Below are positions 49,897 through 58,631 of a DNA stretch of 64,000 nucleotides, one piece after another. Under the pieces are notes generated by a model. The model was not told where the DNA came from, did not search any database, and worked only from the letters and a program-made list of their open reading frames with translations. How positions within the stretch are numbered: position 1 is the first letter of the stretch; the number at the start of each line of letters is the position of its first letter. The translations under genes and the position numbers were made by a program. This DNA is from a virus (lineage: Duplodnaviria > Heunggongvirae > Uroviricota > Caudoviricetes): positions 31,934 to 95,933 of IMG/VR virus record IMGVR_UViG_3300028591_000112. One strand, written 5' to 3'.

Positions 49897-50988
49897 TTAA
49901 ATACTAAATCTCTTATTATATAATAAAATAAATTTCTCTTTTTGACAATCTATGGGGGAATCCTTATATCCTAAAAGATTTTCCTTATCAAAAATATAAC
50001 TTATCTTTGTATATTTACTATATTTTTTATTTATTTCTTTAAGTTTTTTTACCCATCCTAAATGTTCTTTATCACCTAGTTCAATATATTGTCTATCAAA
50101 AGCAATAATAATTTCTTCTACTCCTAAATTTAATAATAATTGAACTTGATATTGAGATAAGGTACTGCCGCATACTGCAACAGATATATCATTTTCTTCT
50201 CCAAAATAACTTGCATATAACAAGCAACTTTTTTCAGATTCAAAAACAATAGCTTTTTTTATTCTTTGTATATTTTGTTTACTAAAATTTAAGTTATATA
50301 AGTTAAAACCAAGAGGATGATTATATAAAGTATGGTTTAAATACATTGGACGATATTTTCCATATACTTCATTCTCTTGAATTAGTGTTCTTTCTCTAAT
50401 TCCTACTAAATTATTATTTTCATCATAGTGCGGAATAACTATTCCTTGAGAAGAGGGATTATAACATATATTATGAGTTTTGATTATCTCTTTTGATATA
50501 CCTTCTTTTTCCCATGGAAGTATGTGCGGATGAGGTAAAAAATTTAAAATATTTTTATCATAAAAACTTAGTTGAACTTCTTTTTTATTATTTTCTTTAT
50601 TTAAAATTTTGGCATATTTATTTAAAATTTTCCAATCTTGAAGTTCTTCTTGTTCATCAAAAAAATTTTTATTTTCCTGCTCGATCCCGCAAAAATTACA
50701 TACATAGTTTATTGCTTGCGGCAATTGATATGTTACCTTATTATCAGATAACACTTTCATTGTTAATTCAAAAATATCAAAAGTTGTTGAACATTCTGTA
50801 TAACAACGAAATAATCTTGTATTGTTATAATAATATAATTTATGTTGTTGCCCACAATGGCAAATTGTACGAGAAATAATAATATTATCTTTTAAGATAG
50901 GTTCCGCATTTCATGAAGCTAAAAGATTAAAAACTTGCTCTAAAGTAATTTGTTGTTTAATTTTTTCTAATTGTTCTTTTTCATCCAT
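49897..50988 (-). CDS. dnaG: DnaG-type DNA primase (zinc finger + TOPRIM)
   Basis: RBS gagaggagg. CHCG...CYTEC zinc finger upstream of one TGA. TOPRIM AIVFESEKSCLLY...EIIIAFDRQ. Confidence 0.65.
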
Positions 50989-51005
50989 GCGGGGAACCTC
51001 CTCTC

Positions 51006-52544
51006 TTAAAAGGCACTAGCTGATATAGCCGGATTAATTTTAATTTTTAAATCTGGCAATTCAACTAATTCATAATTATATGTTGTAGCAAACATTGGTT
51101 CGATACGGCATATTCCTCTATCTGCTTTACACCATAATAAAATATCTTTATATTGACCTCGTCTATTTTTATATATAGACATTTTTATAACAGGTTCTGG
51201 TAAACCTTGTTTAACTAATAGTGGTTTTAGCGCCTCTCTATCTTCTTGAGATACTTGTAACATAATTGCGCCATAATCAACTTTATCTGCAATTGCTTTT
51301 GCACCACGCAATAAATTTTGGTCATATTGTTGCGCAGTAACATAGTCCGCATTTAATTGAGTACTTGTTAAAATAAATACTCCATATTCATTACATAAAT
51401 CTTTTAATCTTATTGCTAGCATAAATAAAACATTATCTTCTCTTAATCCTTTTATTCCTGCTTTAGAAGAAACTTCTCCTAATATTTTTAAAGATGTATG
51501 TAAATAATCAAAGAATATATATCTTACTCCCCATTCCTGTATTCCATATTTAATTGCATTTTCTATGTCTTGTAAACTAAAATCTGGCAATCTCTTAATA
51601 TGTAACGGAGATGTTTTTATAAGTTTTGCAGCTTGCATAACTCTATCTAACTCTCCATCTTCATATTTATTATATATAATATGAGCTTCATTAACGCCGC
51701 TTAAAAAAGCTAACATCATAGTTTGAATTTCATCAATTTCTTGTTCTGTTGTTATATATAAAGTAGGTTCTTTTGTTCCATTTGTATCCCATTGATGCGT
51801 TTCTAGATTATATATTTGATCGCAAGCTATATTACATGCATCTGCGATCATAGCACGAGTTTTTCCTACTCCGGTTGCCGCAGAACGTAAATATAATTTT
51901 TTTAAACGAGCTCCACGAGTAACAGTATTAATTAAAGGGCCGTACATTGGATATCCTATTTCTGGATTCTTTTGTAATCGTTCAATTAATTCATCTATAT
52001 CATTTCCAGCTTGAACATATTCTTCATCTGTTCCATCAACATATTTTAATTTAATTGTTGTTATTTTTTTATCTATAATTTCTGCTATTTCTTCAAGAGA
52101 GGTATTATCTAACCAATCTTCTTGTGCTTGTTTTTTCTTCCCATCTAAAATATTATCTACATCATATAGCCAAGATAAGTCCATACCAATTCTATCATAT
52201 TCTCTTAATAAAGTAAATTTTTTCATACGAGTATAATAATAATCAAATGTTGAAATTTGAACTATTTCAGATAATTGTTGTAAATACTCTTGTCCTTTAT
52301 TTTCTTGATATATTCCATATGATTTCGGTCTATTATATAAATAATCTTCAATAGCAGTAATTGTTATTTCTTTTGCTCCTAATGCATGTAAATTGAAAAT
52401 TGAACCAAATAAAATTTTATGAAATTCATTAGAGAAATCTTCTTCATAAAATTTATATTTTTCATTATCTAATAGATTAGGATTATTAAAAATATTTCCT
52501 ATAACTTGTATAGTAGATGGTATATCTTCATATTTACTTTTCAT
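51006..52544 (-). CDS. dnaB: DnaB-like replicative helicase
   Basis: Walker A RSAATGVGKTRAM, Walker B IFFDYLH, RecA-like C-terminal domain. No TGA in 512 codons. Confidence 0.8.
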   Translation of the reverse strand: MKSKYEDIPSTIQVIGNIFNNPNLLDNEKYKFYEEDFSNEFHKILFGSIFNLHALGAKEITITAIEDYLYNRPKSYGIYQENKGQEYLQQLSEIVQISTFDYYYTRMKKFTLLREYDRIGMDLSWLYDVDNILDGKKKQAQEDWLDNTSLEEIAEIIDKKITTIKLKYVDGTDEEYVQAGNDIDELIERLQKNPEIGYPMYGPLINTVTRGARLKKLYLRSAATGVGKTRAMIADACNIACDQIYNLETHQWDTNGTKEPTLYITTEQEIDEIQTMMLAFLSGVNEAHIIYNKYEDGELDRVMQAAKLIKTSPLHIKRLPDFSLQDIENAIKYGIQEWGVRYIFFDYLHTSLKILGEVSSKAGIKGLREDNVLFMLAIRLKDLCNEYGVFILTSTQLNADYVTAQQYDQNLLRGAKAIADKVDYGAIMLQVSQEDREALKPLLVKQGLPEPVIKMSIYKNRRGQYKDILLWCKADRGICRIEPMFATTYNYELVELPDLKIKINPAISASAF

Positions 52545-53046
52545 TTTCTTCCTCCTCTATGCTGAATAATTTTGGTGGTTGAACATAAACTTGCGGCGGC
52601 GCAATTTCAATTTCTTCAACTTTATTATTAATTCGTTTACCTTCATTTATCATATTTGCAATAAATAATCCATAATAATAAGTTTTTGCATCATTATAAA
52701 TATAAGGTAAAATCCCTATTCCGCCATTTGCATCTTCTATAGAATTTCTTTTTATTTCAAACCACCATTTTAATGCTTTTAACATTCCGCTATAAGTAAA
52801 ATTATATTGTTTTTTATAATCTGTTATTTGTCTTGTTATTTTTGCGGGAATTGCTGTATAACAATATGTTTTTTTAATATATTGTAATAAGTTTTCATAA
52901 TCTATTTCTTCTTGCGTTTTATTTGATTGAACTTCATCATGACATTTTTTATGCGCATATCTACGAGCACTTACTGCAACTCATTCTTCTTGGTTTCTAT
53001 CAAACTGCTCTCCGCAATAATAACATTTTGCTATTAATTTAGCCAT
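52534..53046 (-). CDS. zinc-ribbon protein, possible helicase loader/replication accessory (170 aa)
   Basis: Strong RBS taaggaggcggaaATG. CYYCGEQF...AHKKCH. One TGA. Lies immediately upstream of dnaB. Confidence 0.35.
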
Positions 53047-53078
53047 TTCCGCCTCCTTAAAGTTTCTTATATATAAAT

Positions 53079-53107
53079 ATTATATTATATTTTTTAATAA
53101 AAATCAA
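53079..53107 (-). promoter_or_regulatory. sigma70/sigmaA-type promoter for the replication operon
   Basis: Minus strand TTGATT, 17-nt spacer, TATAAT, about 30 nt upstream of the zinc-ribbon gene RBS. Confidence 0.45.
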
Positions 53108-53108
53108 A

Positions 53109-53134
53109 AAGACACTTAATTAAGTGTCTTTATT
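53109..53134 (-). terminator. rho-independent terminator after sak4
   Basis: Perfect 9-bp stem aagacactt aatt aagtgtctt followed by a T-rich run on the minus strand. Confidence 0.5.
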
Positions 53135-53135
53135 A

Positions 53136-54158
53136 TTAAATTTTACTTTTTTCTAAGTCTTTTAATTCTTCTACAATTAAAGACAATGCTTCAACCTGTT
53201 CTCTTGAACATTGGCTTACTTTATTTCCTCTGCCTAAATATTTTTCAGTAATTTGTGTTATTCTAGGAGAATATTTTTCTTCAAATGAGTCTCCTGCATT
53301 TTTTATAATTCTATTAACACAATTTTGGAAATCAGCCATTAAATCATCAAAATCAAGATTATCTTCTTTATTTAAATATAAATTACTTCTTTCATTAGTA
53401 AAATTTTCTTTACCTTCTTCCGCCGCTTGTTTTTCAATAGCTTCAGATATAGCATTTGTTAAATTAGTATAATTAAATTCTATATAGTCAGGAGTATATT
53501 TGAAACGAGATCCAGCCATATATCTATTAGTTCCTCTCATAAATAACATAGTTTTATCTCCTTCATCTGTTGTAACAACTCTAGAATATCCAATTATATC
53601 AGCCATACGAGAAACAATATTTGTACCTCTCTTATCAAGAGTAGGAACAATTTGATTATACTCTTCTCCATTTTCGTTTTTAAATGTTTTATCTGTTGCA
53701 TGACTAATTAAAACTAGACCATAGTCCATTTGAACTATTTTTCTTAAAGTTTCATCGAACTCTTGTCCAACCATTCCATATCCTTTACCATATCCTATAT
53801 CGCTAATTGAATCAACACCAAAACTTCCATCAGGTCTTTTAGCATTGTCGCATATATATTTAGTACAATAGTCATATGCTATATCAACAGTATCTACTAT
53901 AATTGTTGAGAATTTTGCTTTTACTTCAGGTTTTTCTAGTTCTCTTAAAGTTTGTTTAAATTCAGACCATTTATTAATAGGTTGTGCCATAACTCCAGGT
54001 ATTGCATTATAACCTTTTTCAAAAGCTAATAAAAGAGCTTCTGGGAAATGAGATGCGGTAGTAGTTTTACCACTTTTAGGTTCACCATAGAAAAAAACAG
54101 AATAGCCACGCAAATCTTTGCTAACTTTATGAGGTTGTAAATTCATTAAATCTATCAT
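53136..54158 (-). CDS. Sak4-like RecA-fold ATPase (AAA_24 family) recombination/annealing protein
   Basis: Walker A FFYGEPKSGKTT, Walker B IIVDTVD, overall AAA_24 architecture. No TGA. Confidence 0.6.
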   Translation of the reverse strand: MIDLMNLQPHKVSKDLRGYSVFFYGEPKSGKTTTASHFPEALLLAFEKGYNAIPGVMAQPINKWSEFKQTLRELEKPEVKAKFSTIIVDTVDIAYDYCTKYICDNAKRPDGSFGVDSISDIGYGKGYGMVGQEFDETLRKIVQMDYGLVLISHATDKTFKNENGEEYNQIVPTLDKRGTNIVSRMADIIGYSRVVTTDEGDKTMLFMRGTNRYMAGSRFKYTPDYIEFNYTNLTNAISEAIEKQAAEEGKENFTNERSNLYLNKEDNLDFDDLMADFQNCVNRIIKNAGDSFEEKYSPRITQITEKYLGRGNKVSQCSREQVEALSLIVEELKDLEKSKI

Positions 54159-54180
54159 ATTTTACTCTCCTTTATTTAAA

Positions 54181-54212
54181 AAAGCCGATTAAAATAAGAA
54201 ATCGGCTGTTTT
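54181..54212 (-). terminator. terminator-like hairpin at the 3' end of the 313-aa gene
   Basis: Minus strand aaaacagccgatt tcttatttta atcggc tttttt, overlapping the stop codon. Confidence 0.35.
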
Positions 54213-55130
54213 ACTTGCTGTTGTTGCAGCTGTACTAGTTGTTGTTCCAGCAGCTTTATTTGCTTTATATTCTTCTGCTCTTTTCTTAATGTCTGCTAAA
54301 TAAACTTCTCTATTTTGTAATGCTTCTTTTACTTCTTTTTCTGTTAAGATATTTTCATCATTAAAATCATATGGTACTTTTGCAGTTCCAGTTATAATCC
54401 ATTCTTTATTAGAATTTCTATAAGTTCTTACTGCAGGTTCACCAAATGCACTTTCAACTTCTACAGTTGATGTACTAGTTTCAGATATAATTTTTCCCCA
54501 AACTCTTGTATATATAGGGTTAGCTCCAGTTGCACCTAAATTTTCAAAATATTTCATACCATCTGCATTTTTAACTTTAAATTCAACAGGTAGTATATCA
54601 TTTCTAAAATTAAATACAGCTCCTCTTACTGCTACATAATCTTCATTAATATGTTTTTCTTCATCTTTATCTACATGTGTTACATTAGTAATTAACATAT
54701 CAACAGAGAAAGTATTTCTTTCATTTTCTTCCCCTAATTCATTAACTAAAGTAACAAAACCACCTTCATTAGTTTTTGCAGATACTAATTCATCATTTGC
54801 ATTATAAAAATCATTTAATGCTAGGGCAGTATCAATTCTAACTTTTTGAGCTTCATCTTTTCCTACAGATACCCAAGTTTTATTTTCATCCATAATTTTC
54901 TTTAAATTTGCATATGTAGCATTTTTTACACCATTTTTATTTGCTTCTGTTACATATGTAAAATGTACTTTTATAACATTAAGTCCTTCTTCATCAGTAG
55001 CAATTTCTAAATTTCCACTAATAAATTCTTTTCCAAAATTTGCTGATGCTTGATTTTGTACTTGCTTACTTGTTAAATCATGTTGATAAATTCTTCCACT
55101 AATTCTTTCTGTATTTTGTGCTTTTCTCAT
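54189..55130 (-). CDS. hypothetical protein (313 aa), candidate ssDNA-binding partner of Sak4
   Basis: Intact ORF with no TGA, sitting between a promoter and sak4. Thr/Ala-rich C-terminus ending ADFLF. No recognisable OB-fold motifs, so the call rests on synteny only. Confidence 0.25.
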   Translation of the reverse strand: MRKAQNTERISGRIYQHDLTSKQVQNQASANFGKEFISGNLEIATDEEGLNVIKVHFTYVTEANKNGVKNATYANLKKIMDENKTWVSVGKDEAQKVRIDTALALNDFYNANDELVSAKTNEGGFVTLVNELGEENERNTFSVDMLITNVTHVDKDEEKHINEDYVAVRGAVFNFRNDILPVEFKVKNADGMKYFENLGATGANPIYTRVWGKIISETSTSTVEVESAFGEPAVRTYRNSNKEWIITGTAKVPYDFNDENILTEKEVKEALQNREVYLADIKKRAEEYKANKAAGTTTSTAATTASKTADFLF

Positions 55131-55204
55131 AATTTTCTCTCCTATCTTTTTATTTTTTTCAATAATTACTCATTTATCTTCTGATTTAATTATTTCTTAA
55201 TATA

Positions 55205-55233
55205 ATTATAATAAAAAATTTCAATAAAATCAA
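55205..55233 (-). promoter_or_regulatory. sigma70/sigmaA-type promoter
   Basis: Minus strand TTGATT, 17-nt spacer, TATAAT, upstream of the 313-aa gene. Confidence 0.45.
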
Positions 55234-55246
55234 TTATGAATTGCCT

Positions 55247-56152
55247 TTACTCGTTTCCTTTTTGGCTATTAAATCCAAATTGATTAGATTGATATAGGTT
55301 TATATAGAATTTTTCTTTTTCATTAAGCTCTTCTTTTTTACATTTTTCTAGTAATTCAAAAGAAAAGTTCTCTAAACCATCGCTTATCATTGATTGATAT
55401 AGTTTATTACCTGCGGGGGTGTCGATCCCTAGACCAGCTTTAGCATGGTTTTTCCAACGTGTAGCCATTTCAGTACTTTGTCCTATATAAACAAAATTAT
55501 TTAATTGATTTGTAATTTTATATATCCCGCATACTTCTGCGGTAGATGAGCCTAAAACATTTGCACACACTTGATTCATAGGTTTTTGATAATAACTTTG
55601 TCAAATTAACATACGAAGAATACGCGTGTCATTTAATTTATATTCAATATCTTTTAAAATTTTAACATCTTTTAAATCATTTTCTTTAATTTGAGGACAA
55701 TAGAAAGATTTTTTATCTTTTATTTCCTGTTCTTTTAATTGCGCTTCAAGTGCGGCCGCCCTCGTAGAGAATAATTTATCGAGGTCTTTCTCGATCAAAC
55801 CGGTTTCCGCAAGTAATTTATCTTGTCTTTTTTCATAGCTCATTTTAAGAACATTTATTGCGGTATCAAATTCTTCTTCTGCCTCTTTATATTTATTATC
55901 TAATACTTTTTGATATTGTGAAAAAGCATTTTGTGTAATTTGTTCAGTATTGTTAACTGAATTATTTAAATTTTCTATTTCTAATATTATATTATCTTTT
56001 TGTTTTTTTAAATTTTCAATTTCATTATTTAATATTTTTTGTTGATTAATTGTATTTTTATTTATTTCTATTGTTTTTATATTTTTCTTTTTTCATAAAT
56101 ATCAAAAAATTATTACTAATAATAGTAAACATATAATTATAATATCTTTCAT
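55247..56152 (-). CDS. membrane-anchored coiled-coil protein fused to a C-terminal minimal GIY-YIG nuclease domain (301 aa under code 4)
   Basis: N-terminal TM helix IIIICLLLLVIIFWYLW, then a long coiled coil. TGA at 55601-55603 in frame, then GIYKITNQLNNFVYIGQS...ATRW...EKFYINLYQSNQFGFN. I checked the frame codon by codon from 56152. Confidence 0.45.
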
Positions 56153-56164
56153 TTTTAATACCCT

Positions 56165-56205
56165 TTCAAAAAGAAAAGTTGAGTATTTCTACTCAACTTA
56201 GTTAT
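56165..56205 (-). terminator. rho-independent terminator
   Basis: Minus strand aagttgagta gaaa tactcaactt ttcttttt. Confidence 0.55.
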
Positions 56206-56210
56206 ATAAA

Positions 56211-56486
56211 TTATTCAGCGTCGTCTTCTGCGTCGATGTCTAAATCTTTACCTTCAGCAGTTAATACGATATGTTTAACTTTTTTATGAGTTCCATCTTC
56301 TAATTCAACTTCTGCTTCTTTTCTTTCCATTAAACCTTTTCTGCAGAATGCTGATGTAACGATACCATTAACTTGTCTTGGATTTAAACCAGTTGCTTCA
56401 GCGATATCAGCTGCAGTAATATCATTTCCTTCATTTTCTTTTACATAGTTATAAACTAATTTACTATTTTCACTAAATTTTGCCAT
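56211..56486 (-). CDS. small HTH DNA-binding protein with acidic C-terminal tail (91 aa)
   Basis: ITAADIAEATGLNPRQVNGIV helix-turn-helix. C-terminal DLDIDAEDDAE. Its own promoter and terminator. Confidence 0.45.
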   Translation of the reverse strand: MAKFSENSKLVYNYVKENEGNDITAADIAEATGLNPRQVNGIVTSAFCRKGLMERKEAEVELEDGTHKKVKHIVLTAEGKDLDIDAEDDAE

Positions 56487-56532
56487 ATTGTTTTTTCTCC
56501 TTTTTCTATTATTTATTTTATTTTATATGAAT

Positions 56533-56561
56533 ATTATAATTAAAAATTTGGCTCTTTTCAA
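56533..56561 (-). promoter_or_regulatory. consensus sigma70/sigmaA promoter
   Basis: Minus strand TTGAAA, 17-nt spacer, TATAAT, about 45 nt upstream of the HTH gene. Confidence 0.5.
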
Positions 56562-56616
56562 ATATATATTCTTTATTTATATATTTATTATAAACTAAAA
56601 TTTTTATATTATCAAA

Positions 56617-58533
56617 CTAACAAAACTTTAATCTAAATTCATCTTCCGTAATAATTGGTATTCCGGATTTTTTAGCGGCAATATTTTTGCTTGATTGACT
56701 ATTTATATCGTTATTTATTAAATAAGTTACTTTGCTAGATATAGAATCAACCACTTTACCACCCTTATTTTCAATATATGCTTTTAATTCATTTCTATTT
56801 TTAAATGTTAATAATTTACCTGTAATACAAAACACTTCTTTACTTAAGGTATTATCTTCTTTTTTATCATCTTTTTCTTGAATATTAAAAGCATATGATA
56901 CAACTTCATCAAGCTCTTTATAATTGAAATCTAAAAGAGCGGCGGCCATTGCTTCACCAAAACCATTATATTGTGTGAAATCAAATTTTGAATTTACCTT
57001 TTCTCTAAATTCACCATAAGTTTTAATATATTTACATAACTCTTTCGCAATAGAGCGGCCTATTAATGGGATACCAGCTGCCGCAAGGACAGCATCTAAA
57101 CTTGGATTTTTACTATTTTCTATGGCGTTCAAGATCCTCTCCACAGACTTTTCACCAAAGCCTGGTTTTGTTTTCCATTCATTTGAGAAGTTTTCTAATT
57201 TATATATATCAACAAAATTAGAAATCCAACCCCAGTTTATAAGTTTCTCGAGAGTTGCCGTTGAAAGCCCCTTAATATCTAATCCAGTTTTTCCACAAAA
57301 ATGGTCTAATCGGTTTATCAATTTACCTTGACATTGTGTATTGGTACAATATAAGGTAACTACTCCATCATTTTCATTTAGACGAGTAGCTCCGCCGCAT
57401 ATAGGACATTTATCGCATTTAAATTCAGATATTGTTAGCGGTTTTTGTTCTGCTTTTGATATTTGTGGTATTATCATATTTGATTTAAATACCCATATTT
57501 TTTGACCTTTATAAGGTTGTCCTAATAGTTCTGACATGATACTTACATTATGTAAACTTGCTCTTGAAACCTCTGTTCCGTCAATTTCAACAGGATTAAA
57601 AATAGCAACAGGTGTAAGTATACCAGTTCTACCCATACTCCATTCAATATTCTGTAAATAAGTTTCATATTCTTCATCATAAAATTTATATGCTATCCCA
57701 CCTTTAAAATGATGGTCTGTTTTTCCTGCCGCATCATAAATTCTATTTAAGTTATATTTAAAAACTACACCATCAATAGGATAATTCTTTATATCAGATT
57801 GTTCTTTTATATAACTAATAATCCAATTAATATTGGTTGAAGTATCTACAATAAAAGGGACTGTTGTAAAACCCAAAGTATCTAATAAATGTAATTCAGA
57901 TTCTAGACTAATAAACTTATTATCGTTATCAATAATATCCCATGCAATAAAAGTTAATTTTCTTTTTGAACTTTCTTTACTATCTAATAGTCTAATACTT
58001 CCTGCAGCAAAATTTCTAGGATTTTTATATTCATTTTCGAACTCTTTAAAATCTTCATAAGTACAAATAATTTCTCCATCAATAATTAATTCATCATTAT
58101 AATTTATTTTATTAGGAATATTTTTTACTTGTAAAGCATTATGTAAAATATCTTCTCCAATTTCGCCATTGCCGCGAGTTTCTGCAGAAAATAATTTACC
58201 ATTAATATATCTTAATGAACAAGTTAATCCGTCCATTTTTGCCATAGCAATATATTCTTCTTTATCACAAAAAGACGCTATTACATTTATATCTTTAGTT
58301 TTATCAAGAGATAACATAAGATGATTATGTTTTACTTTTTTTAAATCATTTACTAATTGGTAATTAATATTTTGAGTAGGACTATCTTGATAATATATAT
58401 TATATTTATTTTCTAAATTTTGTAATGTAAAATACATATTATCCCATTCACTATCTGAAATTTCTGGATGTCCTTCATCATATAGTTTAGTATAATAATT
58501 TAATTTATCAATTAAATCTCTAATCTCTTGCAT
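56617..58533 (-). CDS. ligA: NAD-dependent DNA ligase
   Basis: KMDGLTCSLRY (KxDG adenylation motif), OB fold, Zn finger CDKCPICGG, HhH and C-terminal BRCT. 638 codons without TGA. Confidence 0.8.
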   Translation of the reverse strand: MQEIRDLIDKLNYYTKLYDEGHPEISDSEWDNMYFTLQNLENKYNIYYQDSPTQNINYQLVNDLKKVKHNHLMLSLDKTKDINVIASFCDKEEYIAMAKMDGLTCSLRYINGKLFSAETRGNGEIGEDILHNALQVKNIPNKINYNDELIIDGEIICTYEDFKEFENEYKNPRNFAAGSIRLLDSKESSKRKLTFIAWDIIDNDNKFISLESELHLLDTLGFTTVPFIVDTSTNINWIISYIKEQSDIKNYPIDGVVFKYNLNRIYDAAGKTDHHFKGGIAYKFYDEEYETYLQNIEWSMGRTGILTPVAIFNPVEIDGTEVSRASLHNVSIMSELLGQPYKGQKIWVFKSNMIIPQISKAEQKPLTISEFKCDKCPICGGATRLNENDGVVTLYCTNTQCQGKLINRLDHFCGKTGLDIKGLSTATLEKLINWGWISNFVDIYKLENFSNEWKTKPGFGEKSVERILNAIENSKNPSLDAVLAAAGIPLIGRSIAKELCKYIKTYGEFREKVNSKFDFTQYNGFGEAMAAALLDFNYKELDEVVSYAFNIQEKDDKKEDNTLSKEVFCITGKLLTFKNRNELKAYIENKGGKVVDSISSKVTYLINNDINSQSSKNIAAKKSGIPIITEDEFRLKFC

Positions 58534-58549
58534 ATGTATCTCTCCCTTT

Positions 58550-58578
58550 CTTTATATATATTATAAGATAATTTTTAT
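58550..58578 (-). promoter_or_regulatory. consensus sigma70/sigmaA promoter for ligA
   Basis: Minus strand TTGCAA, 17-nt spacer, TATAAT, upstream of RBS aagggagag. Confidence 0.5.
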
Positions 58579-58599
58579 GTTATTGCAAATTTCTTTATA

Positions 58600-58631
58600 T
58601 GAAAAAAGTGTTGTTATAATTTAACAACACT
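58600..58631 (-). terminator. terminator hairpin overlapping the gyrA stop
   Basis: agtgttgtt ataattt aacaacact followed by ttttttc on the minus strand. Confidence 0.45.
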
